Shown piece after piece: positions 30,145 to 32,000 of a stretch of 32,000 bases of DNA. The notes under the pieces are model-generated. The model made no database searches. It saw only the letters and a list, made by a program, of their open reading frames with translations, and was not told the origin of the DNA. The position numbers and the translations under genes were made by a program. The stretch spans positions 297,392-329,391 of the forward strand of contig JAUWGH010000004.1 in NCBI GenBank assembly GCA_030606485.1. The letters are read 5' to 3'. Source of the stretch: Promethearchaeota archaeon (lineage in GTDB: Archaea; Asgardarchaeota; Lokiarchaeia; Sigyniarchaeales; SOKP01). Position 1 is the first letter of the stretch; every line of letters starts with the position of its first letter.

Positions 30145-32000
30145 TCATCTATTATCCACAAATTTTATATATTTATTTCTAGGTTTATAAAGAGTTCCTT
30201 CTTTTACAGCTTGATCAATGGTTTCCTCAATAAATTCTTTATCTAGATCTTCTTCCATTTCAAGTATTTCCATAACATTTTCTATTTCGACTGCTTTTCC
30301 GTCATTTTCATTGATCATATTCTTTATTCTATCTAAGATTTTAGTTATTTTATTTATCTTTGAGCGAGTCTGTCCGGTAAAAATTCTATCGATGTCAAAT
30401 TTACCAGTGCTTTCATCATATCCTACATCTCGTAAGAATCTGTTAAATATTTTTATTATTTCTTCGACATCTTCTATTAAAACTTTATCTCTTAAAGCCA
30501 TTTTTGCATATGATTCACTTAATCTAATCAAAGCTTCTAAATTTCTTGCTAATATTGATATTATTGCTTGTTCTGCATCGTATTTACCTCTTAAATCTAA
30601 ATAATACTCCTTTATTTTATCTTTTGCTTCTTGTGTTAAAACTGGAAAACAATTATTACGTGCATAATGAATATATTTTTTAAGAAGGTCATGATTTATG
30701 GGAATTAATGGTTCGTCAGCATTTTGAGAGATTTTTGTAAAATCACCAGTAGCTTGTTCTAAAATGAATTCTGCCAATTGAGCGTCTTTAGCTTTATCAG
30801 GCTCATCCATAACAATAAAAATAAGATCAAACCTTGAAAGTAATGTTGGTGGTTGTCTAATGTTCTCAGTAGGTGTCTTATATTTATTATATCTACCCTG
30901 ATAGGGATTTCCAGCAGCAATTATACCAGTTTGAGCTCTTAATGTAGCTATAATTCCTGCCTTGGCTATACTAACGGTCTGTTGAGCCATCGCCTCGTGT
31001 ATTGCAGCAATATCTTGTGATTCCATTTTATCAAACTCATCTATAGCAGCAATTCCTCCATCAGCTAATACAATTGCCCCAGCTTCAAGAGACATAGTTC
31101 CTGTATCTGGATCTTTTACAACAGCTGCCGTAAGTCCTACAGCTGTAGAGCCTTTACCAGATGTATATAATGCTCGGGGAGAAACATTAACAGCGGCCTT
31201 AAGAATCTCACTTTTCCCAGTTCCAGGATCTCCTACAAATAATACATGAATATCTCCTCTTCTATAAGTTCCATCAATTTTTTTTAATCTAGTACCCCCA
31301 AACAAGCATAAAGCGGTTGCCAACTTCAAATCCTCTCTTCCATATATGGATGATGCAATAGATCTGGCGATTTTCCTTTGAATATATGGTTCTGCAGCGA
31401 GTTCTTTAATTTGTTGCAGTTCTTCTGGAGTTGGATAAAAATCTTTATCCTCTTTATCTGAAGATTTAATAGAATTCACATCAATAAAAGTTCTAAATAT
31501 AAGTGAGCCTTTTCCTTTAGCATTTTTTTGTGGCAATGATTTGAAAGCTCCCATTATTTTTACACGATCACCAGGACGTACTTTATCGACTAAATCTTTA
31601 ATAAGAATCCCATCAATGGATCTAGGTATTCTTCCAGCTGGCAACTCTTCTGGTGTTTCCTGTATTGTTATTTTCTGCCAATCAATAAAATCAGATTTTT
31701 TAGAAATGAAAATAAAATCTTTTTGAGTATTTGCCTTACATTTTGGATTCATACAATGATTTGGCCAAATAAGTGTGTTGGATAGTTGAATTTGTGGGAA
31801 TTCAGTATCGCATCTTAAACATTTATAAATCGCATTTTCTAATTTTGGACGAACAGTAGAAGCGCGAAGCAAAATTCCACGTGTAAAAATTAATTTATCA
31901 ATATGTTTTGATCTTAATCCTCTAAGCAAAATAAGATTAGAATCATTATCTGTTGAAATTTGAATAAAATATTCTACTTCATCCTTTAATTTGCCTCCAG
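30145..32000 (-). CDS. mcm: MCM replicative helicase; N-terminal part lies beyond the right window edge
   Basis: The minus-strand frame stays open from the ORF-track TTG (31929) to nt 32000, reading ...GGKLKDEVEYFIQISTDNDSNLILLRGLRSKHIDKLI. There is a zinc finger (CLRC...CMNPKC), Walker A GDPGTGKSE (nt 31207-31233), Walker B IDEFDKM, the arginine-finger region LLSRFDLIF and a C-terminal winged-helix-like tail. Confidence 0.95.
   Translation of the reverse strand, partial: GGKLKDEVEYFIQISTDNDSNLILLRGLRSKHIDKLIFTRGILLRASTVRPKLENAIYKCLRCDTEFPQIQLSNTLIWPNHCMNPKCKANTQKDFIFISKKSDFIDWQKITIQETPEELPAGRIPRSIDGILIKDLVDKVRPGDRVKIMGAFKSLPQKNAKGKGSLIFRTFIDVNSIKSSDKEDKDFYPTPEELQQIKELAAEPYIQRKIARSIASSIYGREDLKLATALCLFGGTRLKKIDGTYRRGDIHVLFVGDPGTGKSEILKAAVNVSPRALYTSGKGSTAVGLTAAVVKDPDTGTMSLEAGAIVLADGGIAAIDEFDKMESQDIAAIHEAMAQQTVSIAKAGIIATLRAQTGIIAAGNPYQGRYNKYKTPTENIRQPPTLLSRFDLIFIVMDEPDKAKDAQLAEFILEQATGDFTKISQNADEPLIPINHDLLKKYIHYARNNCFPVLTQEAKDKIKEYYLDLRGKYDAEQAIISILARNLEALIRLSESYAKMALRDKVLIEDVEEIIKIFNRFLRDVGYDESTGKFDIDRIFTGQTRSKINKITKILDRIKNMINENDGKAVEIENVMEILEMEEDLDKEFIEETIDQAVKEGTLYKPRNKYIKFVDNR

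Noticed and set aside
30218-31726. Two plus-strand ORFs (128 and 61 aa) inside mcm
   Set aside because: They are antisense to MCM. The S/I/L-rich low-complexity translation is typical of reverse-strand reading of K/E/D-rich codons.
1-32000. Search for tRNA/rRNA genes, CRISPR repeats, IS elements, integrases and toxin-antitoxin pairs
   Set aside because: No GC-rich structured segments, no regularly spaced direct repeats outside coding repeats, no terminal inverted repeats and no transposase- or integrase-like ORFs were seen in any frame.

Overview
This is a strongly AT-rich, gene-dense chromosomal segment with 24 supported CDS. I saw no rRNA, tRNA, CRISPR array, transposase or integrase. All family calls come from motif recognition by eye; no searches were run. 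The host looks archaeal: an MCM helicase runs off the right edge, and CofE/CofD and a LipS-type radical-SAM pair are present. A Ras/Rab-like small GTPase, longin-like proteins and N/K/I-rich giant proteins suggest an Asgard (Lokiarchaeia-like) genome, but that is inference. Housekeeping content: a HerA-like ATPase (5' truncated), flavin reductase-like protein, glmS, nagB, a bacterial-type leuS, a class-II-like deacetylase and MCM. A six-gene plus-strand cofactor cluster (9886-15140) joins a lipoate-assembly module (radical SAM, LplA, radical SAM) to an F420-tail module (cofE, nitroreductase-like, cofD). The most interesting region is a seven-gene, 12-kb minus-strand operon (15148-27125). It encodes a 1471-aa TM-anchored surface protein whose transglutaminase-like core seems to have lost its Cys and His, followed by four tandem ~240-aa two-domain modules. 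It also encodes an Ig-like-repeat/TM/DUF4129-like protein, a free DUF4129-like paralog, a DUF4350-like membrane protein, a MoxR AAA+ ATPase, a DUF58 protein and a polytopic coiled-coil membrane protein. Other candidates are two adjacent longin-like genes (4989-6533), a polyproline/Q-rich coiled-coil/zinc-ribbon protein (27357-28238) and the small GTPase (29622-30143).
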